A DNA stretch of 64,000 bases from Mesotaenium endlicherianum (Eukaryota), in the NCBI GenBank assembly GCA_009602735.1, contig WELA01001056.1:134843-198842 (forward strand), given 5' to 3'. The stretch's first letter is position 1. Each line of letters begins with the position of its first letter. The notes below the pieces were generated by a model. That model did no database searches. It saw only the letters and a program-made list of their open reading frames with translations, and was not told the DNA's origin. The position numbers and the translations under genes were made by a program. Below, one piece after another: positions 12,501 to 23,875 of this stretch.

Positions 12501-12838
12501 GACGGAGCCGTCGGCCATCATGCGCCGCAGCCGTCCCTCCATGAAGATGAAGTCCTGGCTGCGCTTGAGGACGCCCTCGCGCTTTCTCGCATCCACGCCT
12601 GGCGCCAACTTCTTAGCGGCGACGTACTGCAGGAACGCAGCGTCATCCCACACGTCCTTGAGCCCACGCTGCCAATTGTCGTAATCTGCTGTTGCAGCCA
12701 ATGCCAGACGCCTTGTGTTAACCACCACCAAGTCGCGATCAGTGAGCCTTGCTCGCCGTGCATCGCTGTCCACTGTGAAGGCCAAAAGGGCTGCTGCATG
12801 CCAGGCCACGGGCTCGTCCTCGTCGTGGCGGGCCACGG

Positions 12839-14100
12839 TCAGGTCCCTAGAGGAGGGCAGGGGGTTGCGGCTGAGGCCGTTGGCGTCCATGGTAATCGAG
12901 CCCGGAGATGGTGCACGTCGAACGTGTACTCCTGCAGAATGAGTGCCCATCGCGCGTACTTGCCTGTGAGGCGCTCCGACGTCATGAGCCACTTGAGCGG
13001 CTGATGGTCGGTGACGAGGCGAAAGTGGGTGCCGTAGATGGCCCAGAGTGCTGTCAGGCACTCCCCCTCGTAAGAGTCGTAGTTGGCCTCGGCGCGGTTG
13101 TTGCTGCGATTGGCGTACGCCACCACGTGCTCGAAGCCGTCGTGCTCCTGCTCCAGCACTGCTCCCAGCCCTGCCTGCAACCAGTCGGTGTGGAGGATGA
13201 AGGGCTTGGTATGGTCGGGCCGCCGCAGCACTGGGGCGCTCACCAGCAGCTCCTTGAGCTTATCGAACGGCGCCTGCTGCTTTGCTCCCCATATGTAGGC
13301 CACCCCCTTCCGCAGCAAATCGTTGAGTGGCTTAGCGAGCTCGCTGAAGCCAGGCACAAAGCGGCGGTAGTAGTTGGCGATCTCCAGGAAGGCCCTCAGC
13401 TGCAAGATGTCGGTAGGCGGCGGGATGCCTGTGATGGCCGAGATCTTGGCCAGCTGCGAGGCCAAGCCACTGCAGGAGAGGAGATGCCCGAGGTACTCCA
13501 CCTTTTGGGTCCCAAAGGTGCACTTGCCTGGATGGCACTTGAGCCCAACGGCCTCCAAGCGGTCCAGGACGGCAGTAATGTGCGTCACTTGCTCCTCGAG
13601 CGTCTCACTGAAGACAAGCACGTCATTGATGTAGCACCGGGCAAGGGATAGCCTTGCCAGCTCCTTATCCATGACTCGCTGAAAGGTGGCTGGAGCGTTC
13701 TTCAGCCCGAAGGGCATAACCCTCCGCTCATAGAGGCGCTGTGCCCCCCAAAACGCCGTCTTGTGCTGGTCCTCCTCCGCAATAGATATTTGGTTGAAGC
13801 CTTCCCTTAAGTCCAGCACCGAGAACCAAGTGCACGTGCCAATGTCATCAAAGATCTTGTCAAGGGTAGGCATAGGATATCTGTCCTGCTTAGTGACCTC
13901 GTTTAGCTTACGATAGTCACTGCTCATTCTCTTCTCAGACCAGTTGCCTGAGGCATCCTTCTTTGCCGGCATGACCGTGGGGGCCGCGTAGGTAGAGGAG
14001 GACTCTCGAATAAGCTGGTTGTCCTCCAGCTTGCCTGTCTGCGTCTTGATCAGGCCGTCCTCGAAATGACTGTAGCGCCCTAAGTCGTGCATGCCGCGGG
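12839..14100 (-). pseudogene. Reverse transcriptase and RNase H of element A
   Basis: DYRKLN...YPMP, MPFGLKNAPATFQR, YINDVL (degenerate YxDD), LHTDW...GLGAVL, TDHQPLKWL. Confidence 0.92.
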
Positions 14101-14659
14101 CAAAGCAGGCGCTGCGTTGAGCATCGAGCATCTTTATCAGCTGCGCTGCCTTCTCCACGATAAGGGTCCTCCCCAGCTTCCAAGCGGGGGCCGCTGGGGG
14201 AGGAGCTTGCTCTGCACCTGTCGCCTGCTGAGCGGCTGCAAAATCCTGCCCCCCTGCCGGCGTCACCTGTCTGCTGGCGGAGAATGTCTGCCCTGCGCCT
14301 GCTGCTGGCACCCGTCTTGCGGCTGCCAGTTGATCTGTGGGAGCCGCCTGCGGGCGTGCAGGAGCAGGAGGAAAATAAAGGGAGAACGGTGCAGCTCCCT
14401 GGGCCGCTGTGCCTCCTCCCTCCTCCGTTCCCCCCCCAGCGGGCCAGAGTCGGAGCTGGATGCGAGAGGCGCCTGGTACGGGCGCCAAAGGGGTGCGTGT
14501 CGTGCGGGCCCCTCGCGCTGAGACAGCCAGCGGGTGCCTGGCGTAGGGTGGGTGCCATCGTCATCGGAGGAGCTGTCGTCTGGCTCGTCCAGACGACAAG
14601 GCAGCTCTGGATGAAGGGCCTCGGCGTAGAGAGGTGTCAAGGTCTGCGTCTGCAATAGA

Positions 14660-15605
14660 AGCCACGTCAAGACGTTGGCATCGATGGCCTGCCCCAAAGG
14701 CCCAATGCGGTTGACGTTGGTGAGGCCATGCACCTGGGTCAGGTGCAGTGGGAAGGTCATGGCGCGCTCCATCTCCACGGGACGCGGGCGCTCGTACAGG
14801 CCGGAGGAGAGGTCAATGACCATGCCGCGGGCCACACCGTCATAGGCTGCACTGTCGTAGCGACTGACGAATATTGGCAGGGCGCGTGTGACATTGCGGA
14901 TCACCTCACACTGGGCCTGCGACGGATGGGGCATAGCGGTCACGCGTCGGGCCAGCCGCTTGGCGTCGAGGATAGAGTCATCGTTGCGGTCGTGGTGAGG
15001 GTGTGCGGCTGCTAGAGCCTCGGGCGTGCCTGGCATAGCCAGGTTGGTGAAGTAAGCTCGCACGCGGTGGGCGAAGGAACCAACTTGCGCGTCGTCGATG
15101 ACGATCTCGCAACCGAGGTAGCTGCTGAAGAGCTCGAAGTTGGCGCGGACACTGTCTCGCTTGTCGTCAAGCACCGCAACATTCTCCAGGATCCATGCGA
15201 GGGAGTGGGCGGACTGGCGTGCCTCAACTAGGTTGAGGACGCGGCGGAGGTGCCAGAAAAGCGCTGTGCGAGGGTCGCTGAGGACGCCGCCGCGGCCTGC
15301 AATTGAGAACCCCTGGCACTCCCAGCCAACGATAATGAGGTCCACCGAATCGAGGCAAGTCACGTGTTTGTCGGTGACGTTGCGGACGTCCATGGGCCAG
15401 TCGGTCTGCGCGTGGCAAAAAGCGCGAGCGAGAAAGAGGTCGGGGAAGCGCTCGTGGCACAACGCCATTTGGCATCGGGTGACCTGCTGCGCCTCGGGGT
15501 TCGGGTCAACGTAGACGTATCGACGGACGGGGATGCCGGCCTGCAGCGTGGCTAGCAGCCCGGTGGCGATGCCAGCAAACAGCTTCACCAAGACAATGCC
15601 GTCGG
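14660..15605 (-). pseudogene. C5 cytosine DNA methyltransferase domain inside element A
   Basis: Ordered motifs in one open frame (14263..15660): I LFAGIATG, IV DLIIVGWECQGFS, VI ILENV, VIII AHRVRAYFTN, IX EMERAMTFP, X LGQAIDANV. Confidence 0.9.
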
Positions 15606-17524
15606 GCCGCTCGTCCAGCTGGTCCGTGTAAATGGGCGTCGGTAGCGGATGGCAGCCCATAGCAGGATCACCGAGCTAGGCGATGGGCGGATATGTACGA
15701 GTCTTGCTGTGCTGATGCAGAGCCATGCGGAGCGCGGGGACAGCGTGCTTGGCGTAGTCGCGCGTGAGGCGCGGAATGGGCCCAGGCAGAGGCTGGGGCT
15801 GTGTGGGCTTGGTACTATCGCCACGTGTCGCGGGCGTCCTGCAGGATGTGAGGGGGCACATGTGTCGAGCGGGCCTGAGCCTGGCGCAGGCATGTGAGCT
15901 GCCACTTGCGCCTGGCCTTGCGATCCTGCACATGGGAAGCTGCTTATGCAAGCTGGTCTAGCATCGAGCATCGTGGAAGGTACGGGTGCGGGTCGTAGTA
16001 GGCCTATTGGCGCCGGTAGAAAGGGAGGTTCACCGGGTTGGGGCTGCCGGCACGCCCGGTGCGATAGGCGAATTGCCAAACGGGCACTGGTTGGCGGGGC
16101 GCCAGCTGCACTTGAGCACGGAGCTTCGTGTGGAGCGGCAGCTGGTCGTAGGGACGCCTGTGGCGGCGGGCCAGGTCGTCGACGGCTGCAGAACGTCGGC
16201 CGGTCCTGGAATCGAAGGCAAGGCTGCCAGTGCGGGCCACCTTGGAGCGAGGTGAGCCGCCAAGCCCGTCGATGGCAGCGTGGCTGCGAGGGAGCACTGG
16301 CCGCCGATTGTAGAGCGCGTGGGAGGCATACATGGTGGATTGCGGGGCGTCCTCGCGATTGTCCACTTCGCGGTACGGCGGGGTGGCTGCACGGGCACGG
16401 TTGTCGTGGTAGGGCGGAGTGGTGGCTCTATCTCAGGTTTTGCGATAGGGCAGCGTGACAGATCGACCGCGTCTCGGCGTGGGTGTGAGGCTGCGCTCGC
16501 TTTGCAGACTTCGCCTAAGCTGCGACGGGTGACAGCTCGTAGCCTGCCGCGCAAGCCGCCTCCCGGCTTTGGACGGATGACCAAGCGTACAACTGGCACG
16601 GCGGTCATCGCTGCGCCGAGTGCGTTGGCCACTGCGCAGGCTGCGCTGGCGCTTGTGCCGGAGGTGGCAAAGGTACCAGCGGACAAGGCGCGGAAGCCGG
16701 ACCAGTCATCTCTGGCACCTCTGCCGTAGAGCATATGCGTGAGGTCGCGGCAGCTGGCGTTGGTCGAGCAGTCATGCTTGGGTCGGCAACGTGGGCCTGC
16801 CGCAAAGCGGTAAGCTTCGCCGGACGTGGCGGACGCAAGCCGGCTGAACCCTGGCGCACCAACAGAGGAAGGGCAGCCGAACCCCGGAGGACCAGCAAGC
16901 CTGTCGAAGCCTGGGGGCCGTGTCAGCGTGCTGAAGCCTGGGGGACCGGTGGGCATGCGGCGGACGCGAGCGGCGGGCGTGATGGGCATGGCCCGCGAGG
17001 GTGCCTCGGTCGGCTCCTTGAAGGATTCCTCCGGCGCCCTCTCGTACGACTCCTTGTCTGTCAGGGGGTCGTAGGCGGCCTGGCGCATAGCCTCCTCTTC
17101 CAAGGCGGACGTGCGGCGGTTGGTATTGGCCGTGTGCATCGATGGCAAAGATGGCTGGGACGCCATCTGAAACTGCATGGCCACTCCCACCGGCACCTCC
17201 TGTCGTAGGCGGACGTCAGACCGCGTGGCGGGTGAGCGCACCCTCTCGCGCAAGGGCGCCACAGGATTGAATGGACGGACCGAGCTGGCCGTGGCTACGA
17301 GGAGCTCGTGGTCTCTAGCGGCCGTAGCCACTGCTGCTGTAGCGGCGTCGGCAGCGGCGGTAGCTGCCGCTTTCATCTGGCGCATCACGGCGTGCTGAAC
17401 CGCGTAAATGCGCACAAACACACGGGCCTGCGCTGTTAGTAGCTCCGCCTGGTCCTGTGGAGAGAGGTGGAGCTCTGCGCTCGGTAGCTCAAGCTCCTCA
17501 TCCTGGGGCTGGAGCAGGTCCGCC

Positions 17525-18045
17525 TGAAATGAATCGACTTATCAAATAGGCGATTAACAATTAATAAAGATCTTTATATCAGCAAGTAATCTTTATGGTA
17601 TTTTCCGTTAACTGGTTAAACGGCAAATGACAACATACTAGCAGTGAATAATACTCGTAAGTCAAATGCGAGTAAACTAGCATCAATGATGCAAATCAAT
17701 AAACTCATACATAAGCAAGGTTAGAAGACAGTGCGTATCAATGGCTTCTCGCCTTGGATTCAGATTTCTCTCAGTAAGCTGTACAAAAGAGTTGGCCTTG
17801 TTTCCGAATGCCGAACTCGCGAGCAATGCCTAGCATATGTACATGGAATGAGTTTACTGTTCAACGGTCAGTGCGATGGCACCGCCTACCCGGGAGTTAA
17901 CCACGTTGGTAGGACCTCGGTTAACCAAATCCACCGCCATCTCCCATCATCCCGAATAGCCATCCATCATAGGGATGTCATCTGGCCATTCATCTAGCAT
18001 ATCGTGCTCAGGTGTATGTCAAGGCAGTTCACTGCTACCGAGTAC
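17525..18045 (-). repeat. 3' LTR of B copy 1, lacking its first ~200 bp and the PPT
   Basis: Matches 25363-25883 and 57649-58167, then similarity stops at GAGTAC. Confidence 0.92.
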
Positions 18046-18124
18046 TATTATATTGCGAAGTCTCAAATAAAAGAAACTGACCCTGCCCAGCCTCCCCTAC
18101 TGACTGTCTTTTCAGCCTGTCACT

Positions 18125-19795
18125 TTAAGGGGTTGTTCCTGGGGCTTCAGGATCAGAAGACGAAGATCGGGACCTAGATCTGGACAGCCCTCTAGGTCTG
18201 TCAGCTGGCCTTCTAAAGAACCCTGTTTGTTCTAAAGTTGGACCTCGAGGAGAACGAAGGATGGTAGCCTGCTCTTCAACCACTTGGGTGTTGATTCCCA
18301 CATAGACAGGCATTCCAGTAGGATGCTGAAATACATTGGCTAGAGGTACATGCCCCTGAGCGGAGGGGGAGGCTGGCATACCTCTGGCCCACCCGCGTGT
18401 CCCTCTTCTGGCACCCCTGTCCTCTGGGGATTTCTGCCTGTGTCTGCTGCCCAATACAGTCAGATTAGCTTCTTCCCCTGCTTGGGCAGGTGGGCTGGGG
18501 GAGCGAGCGCGGGGTCCAGTTGTCGCCATCACGGAGATCACATTCCAAACACCTGATCGTGGTTCTTTAGGAAGCGCCCCTACCTGTCCCTGGGTATCCT
18601 GAGTACCTGATGCTTCTCCTCTGCCCTGTTCTTCTTCCTCATCCTCCTCATCCTCCTCCTCGGAGAGAGTAGGGGTCTCGTCCACTAAGTCGTCCTGCTC
18701 CCTAGTAGACATGGAGTAGTCTACCGACCTCCCTTTCTTAGGGCGCGCTGGAGGTTGCTTGGCCTTCAGCCTGCTGATATCTATCCGGCCTGCATTCATT
18801 GCCCATTTGACAAAGGCATGCTTTCCCTTAGAGAAGTAGTCTCTGCCCCTCCTCCTATGCTCCTTGGTCTCTGCATTCATATTGCTCAGGCATCCATTCA
18901 GCCTGGGGTCCCAAGGGGCAATGTGAGGTGGTAGGATGAGATAGCCGTCTAGGCCATAGTGGAAGTCATCCGGTTGGGCTCGGTCACACTCCTGCTTCTT
19001 ATTTGTGACGGTCATCCACCTCCAGTCTGTTGGCTGCTGGTAGTACTGGGGTCCGTGCTCAGCCTTCCTCAGTTTACACGGGAACCAGTGGGGAGAGAAC
19101 ATCTGCTGTCCTGCTTCCCTGGCCAAGTACTCCCAGCTCCTTCTCTCAACTTCATTGTAAGCTGGCAGTAGTGTGAGGTAGAATACCGTATCCTTAAAGC
19201 TATCGGGCCGCATGCTCACCATCCGGATGAGTCTCTGATCTCCCACTATTCCCGGTATGGGGACCGGCTTGTCCTCTGAATCATCTGCGAGATACCGGGC
19301 CTGCTCTGCTGTATAGCCCACCATCTTAGCATAATCTTCGTAAAGGACCACGCCGGTGTGTGTCTCGATGTACCTGTCCAGTGCTGTAGCTCCTTCCTTC
19401 TGTAGCAGTGTTGTCTGTTCCAGCCTGTTGATCTCCTGGGCTGCCAGCAATGCTTCCTTCAGGTTATCGAAGTTTTGGCCACCCACCACAGTATACCTGT
19501 AAGTGGCCAAGCTCTTCTGTCTGTCCGCTTCAATCTTTTTTCTTTTCTCCTCTTCTGCCGCTGCCGCTTCTTCTTGCTGTTTCTTCTGTCTCTCCTCCTC
19601 AGCCTTCCTGAGGTTTTCCGCTTCCTGATCCTTCTTCCTCTGTGCCTCTTCTGCCGCCTCTTGTTGCTTGCGGACCCTTTCTTGTTCTCTCCTGGTGAGG
19701 GACGTCGCCGCCAGCTCCTTCTGGTATTGCTCCATTGTCCTCCTGGCTTCTTCTGCCTTGCGCTTTCTGTCCTCCTTTTGTGTGGTGGGCGCCAT
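18125..19795 (-). CDS. Extra ORF of element B (~556 aa, unknown function)
   Basis: Intact ORF in the same sense as gag-pol; likely start ATG at 19795 (MAPTTQ). K/E/R coiled-coil N-terminus, aromatic-rich central region, acidic stretch and RS-rich tail. Near-identical intact copy at 58480-60156. Confidence 0.8.
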   Translation of the reverse strand: MAPTTQKEDRKRKAEEARRTMEQYQKELAATSLTRREQERVRKQQEAAEEAQRKKDQEAENLRKAEEERQKKQQEEAAAAEEEKRKKIEADRQKSLATYRYTVVGGQNFDNLKEALLAAQEINRLEQTTLLQKEGATALDRYIETHTGVVLYEDYAKMVGYTAEQARYLADDSEDKPVPIPGIVGDQRLIRMVSMRPDSFKDTVFYLTLLPAYNEVERRSWEYLAREAGQQMFSPHWFPCKLRKAEHGPQYYQQPTDWRWMTVTNKKQECDRAQPDDFHYGLDGYLILPPHIAPWDPRLNGCLSNMNAETKEHRRRGRDYFSKGKHAFVKWAMNAGRIDISRLKAKQPPARPKKGRSVDYSMSTREQDDLVDETPTLSEEEDEEDEEEEQGRGEASGTQDTQGQVGALPKEPRSGVWNVISVMATTGPRARSPSPPAQAGEEANLTVLGSRHRQKSPEDRGARRGTRGWARGMPASPSAQGHVPLANVFQHPTGMPVYVGINTQVVEEQATILRSPRGPTLEQTGFFRRPADRPRGLSRSRSRSSSSDPEAPGTTP

Positions 19796-20062
19796 CCTGC
19801 ACATGTAACCAGGGCACAAGTTAGTAGGATATGGACCTTTGTCATAGGGATTGCAGGAAGTATGTTAGTATTTAGTATAGTGGCTTCGCTGCTGTTTACC
19901 TTACAGGATGATTGCTAAAAGTTGACGTAGTTGCGATGCGCTACACATAAACGTATGAGTGTGTTTTTATCGCTCTCGCTCACTAACTGTCATATATTTT
20001 CCCCTCCAACTTAAATGGAGACAGGACCGCCTGTCACCTTCCCGTGTCAACTGAAATGACAG

Positions 20063-23000
20063 TTATGGAGGGACTCCAGCGGCCCGAAGGTGGAACCGTG
20101 TCAACGCCCCTTTGGCATTGGTCAAGTGGTCCTTAAACTCCCAAGTGTCCCCAGAGGCATCGTAACCCTTCCATCGAATGAGGCATTTCATGACATATTT
20201 AGACGATCGACGGACCGAGCGAGCGTCTAAAATCTCATCGTCCTCATATTCCTCAGGGTCGCCGTCTCGGACAGCGGGGACCGGTCTCGGTTGGACAGGT
20301 AACCGACCTGTGAACAGTGTATCACCTTTGATGTACGGTTCCAGGTAGGAGACATTAAAGACGGGGTGNGGTGACCCTTGTAGTCTGCTGACATGTTTAG
20401 TTTGTAAGCATTCTGACCGACACGACGGACCACCGAATATGGACCGACCCAGTCTGGGCCAAGCTTTTTCTTGACCACACCAGGGAGGTACGGGTGCTGA
20501 GAATGCAGTTTAACTAAATCCCCCTTGGAAAATGTCAGTTCCCGACGGTGTTGATTAGCGTATTTTTGTTGGTTTTCTTGGGCCTTGTGCAGGTTTCGTT
20601 GGACTTCTGACAGGGTGTCAGCAAACTCCTGAGTTAACTGGAGGGAGACCGGGTTGTCAATCCCTTCAGGGTGAGTTAAAGATTCCCCTAGCACATCTAG
20701 AGGAGACTTAGGGACTCTACCCAGGCTGAGTTCAAAAGGAGTTTTGCCCGTTGACGCGTGCACCGCACTGTTGACCGCAAACTGAATTTGAGGCAACAGG
20801 TCATCCCAATTATCTTGTTTTTGGTTAATATATGCTCTCAGCACCTCCTGCAGAACTCGGTTAGTTCTTTCAGTCTGCCCATCAGTCTGAGGGTGGTTTG
20901 CTGTGCTGAGCAGCTGTTTGACTCCCATTAACCCCATTAAAGCTCTCCAGAACTTAGAGGTGAATTTTGAGTCTCTGTCTGAGATGATATTAGAAGGGAG
21001 CCCATGTTGGCATACTACATGGTTGTAAAACTGTCTCGCTGTTTCGAGTGCAGTCACTTTGACAGTTGTGGGGATAAAAATGACCATTTTTGTCAGTTTA
21101 TCCACGACTACCAGTATTGAATCATGCCCGTTGGCAGTTCTTGGTAGTGAGACCACCCAGTCCATGGATATGGTTTCCCAGCGTCCAACTGGGATGGGCA
21201 GCGGTTGTAAGAGCCCTCCGGGTGGTGTGTGCCGAGACTTATTTCTCTGACACTGGTCACAGGACTTGACGTATTTCAAGACCTCCCGGGGTAACCCCTC
21301 CCAATGATAATGTTTTGCCAGTTTGCCAACAGTTTTGGCCTGCCCCAAATGTCCACCCAGGAGACTGTCATGAGCTTGACTCAGTAAGAGAGACCTTATT
21401 TCCAAATTATCAAGAATAACCAGCTTCAGCCTGCCTGAAGTGGTTTCAGTCACCCAGACCCCTCCCTTGAGCTTATACCCGAGTGCGGTAGCACGACACA
21501 TACTAGTAGTGGGGCTGGGCTCAAATGTTGGGTCAGAAAGGTAGGCTTTCCTAAGTTGTTCAAGGAAGGACTTTTTCACCTTTAGTGAAGTGAGTGCACA
21601 CAGGACTTTATCTACAGTATGCTGACTAAAGTTCCTTTCTTGCAAGTCAGGTCTTCTAGAGAGTGCATCAGCAGGATTCAACTTCCCTGGTTTGTAGTCG
21701 ATCTGGACTTGGAACTGCTCCAGCATCTGGCTCCAGCGGTTCTCCCTCCTCGACAGCTTGGACTTCTTCTGAAAGTGGGTCAGAGCTAGATGATCTGTAA
21801 TCACCTTAAAAGCTTTACCATGTAAGTATGCTCTCCACTGTTTGAGTACATGAATGATAGCTAGCAGCTCTTTATCATGCACTGAGTAATTAATCTCCGC
21901 TGGATTAAATTTCATAGACTCATACAACACAGGATGCCACTCCTGCCGTACCTTACCATCCTTTGTGGTTTTGTCAGCAGGCTGCAACAAAATAGCACCC
22001 ATGGCAAAGTCAGAGGCATCAGTAACCACCTGCACCGGTTTGCTGGGGTCATACACGGCTAGCACTGGGGCAAAACAAAGGGCAGCTTTAAGGGTCTGGA
22101 AGGCAGCCTGCTGCTCTTCCCTCCACACATACCCTATGTCTTTCTTAGTAAGTTCAGTCAGTTTACTGGCCTTTGTGGAATACTTCTCAATGAATCTCCT
22201 ATAGTAGTTAGCCAACCCGAGGAATGATCTAACTTCAGAGACAGACTGTGGTACTGGCCAGTCTCTTATGGTCTGGACTTTCTTATGATCCACACTGATG
22301 CCCTCTTTACTGACAACGTGGCCTAAGAACTCAATACTTTCCTTAAAGAAATCACACTTGCTCATTTTAGCATATAAGTGATTTTTCCGCAGAGTGTCCA
22401 GGACTGTCTTTAAGTGTTCAGTGTGCTGAGCTTCATCTTTGGAGAAAATTAAATATCATCCAGGAAAACTTGCACAAACTTATCCAAATAAGGTCTGAAA
22501 ATGTCATTCATAGCACCCATGAAGGTAGCAGGAGCATTAGTCAGTCCAAATGGCATCACGTTGAACTCATAGTGTCCATAACGTGTGCGGAAGGCAGTCT
22601 TGTGTTCATCCCCTTCAGCAATTCTGATTTGATGATAACCACTCTTGAGATCTATCTTACTGAACACCTTAGCGCCAGACAGGGTATCAAGCAAGTCCTC
22701 GATTCTAGGTAAGGCATACTTGTTCTTTATCGTAATTATGTTCAGAGCTCTGTAATCTACACACATCCGCATACTGCCATCCTTTTTCTTAACGAATAGG
22801 ATGGGTGCGCCGTAAGGTGATTTACTGGGAGAAATATAACCATTTTCCTCAAGCTCTGCAATCTGTGTTTTCAACTCCTCGCTCTCCACATAAGACAAGC
22901 CATACGTGCGTTGCCAAGGTGGCTGACTCCCCGGTAATAGATCAATCTTATGATCTACTTCCCTCTTAGGGGGTAGTCCTGGAGGCATTTTAAATACATC

Positions 23001-23875
23001 CGTGTACTGAGCAACAATTTTTGCAGCAGTAGGGTGCTCCGGAGGGCTTACCTTTTTCTCAACCACTTCTTCAGGTTGAGGAGGTACCTCTCTTAGCAGC
23101 AGACAGAACATTCTGTCCTCCTTCTGGTTCCAGCTTTTGACGAACTCCATTGCATTCAGCAACTTGCATCCTTCTGGAAGCCTCTTCTTTTCCTTCATTT
23201 GCCATCCACACAGGACAAGAGGAAGAGCACTGGTGGGTGCCAAGTCAGTCTGCCCATCACTGGCTCCTCTCACTTTAACTGTACCTCTGCTCCAACACAC
23301 TTCAGCTTGATGTCTATTAAGCCAGGACCTGCCTAGCACGAGATCATAAAAGCCAGTGTTGAGTACCTCAATGTAAGCGATTCAGTTAGAACTGCAATGC
23401 CAGAACCTAATTGGACCTCAATAGGCTTGGTTATAGCTCCTCCCGGGATACTTGAGGCATCTTCAAGGAATATTTTTCTATTCCCTTGGGTGACAGTAGG
23501 CAGCCTTAGCCGCTTAACTAAGTCCTTGTGGATAAAAGTATGTGACGCCCCTCCGTCAACAAATGCCCTCACCTTCCTACCTGCAATCATGCAATGCAGT
23601 AGGATAGGGGGGACTGTCTTTTCCTGACTTTCGCATTGTTCTCCTGACGTAGCAAAGAAATGTTGGACATCAGGTGGAACAAGAGCATCGAGAGTGTGCA
23701 CTCTCTGGATGTCCATATTGCTGATGGTCTCCTTTATCTGGTTGTCAGGCATGCATAGTAAATCCAGTTCAGCAGGACCCATAATACCTGCTACGAGGGT
23801 AGCTAGTGACGACTCACTATCTCTAGCATCCTCACAGTCAGTAGACTGGATTACTGACTGTTGCTGTCTTTTAAA
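20063..23875 (-). pseudogene. pol of B copy 1 (PR-RT-RH-INT-chromodomain), frameshifted
   Basis: FVDGGA protease, FLDD RT, TDASD RNase H, H2C2 and SDRD integrase, RWKGY chromodomain. Frameshifts near 23370 and 22450 relative to copy 3, plus an N at ~20369. Confidence 0.93.

Larger units (their letters stand above)
11032..17524 (-). mobile_element. Element A: decayed Ty3/Gypsy LTR retrotransposon with DNMT-RT-RH-INT-PHD; 5' part lost at the junction with element B
   Basis: Minus-strand domain order: long linker, C5-MTase, RT, RNase H, H2C2 plus integrase core, PHD finger, PPT (GGGGGGAG at ~11169-11176), then putative 3' LTR 11170-11032. Multiple stops and frameshifts. Confidence 0.88.

Noticed and set aside
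16030..17421. 463-aa Ala/Pro/Arg-rich ORF as gag or protease of element A
   Set aside because: No gag, zinc-knuckle or D(T/S)G motif recognisable; treated as an unassigned region of the element.
17731..17997. 88-aa ORF (MRINGFSPW...) repeated three times (also 25569, 57853)
   Set aside because: Lies within the LTR, antisense, with a GTG start; recurrence is explained by LTR identity.
18125..19795. Extra ORF as an env gene
   Set aside because: No signal peptide or transmembrane segment visible.
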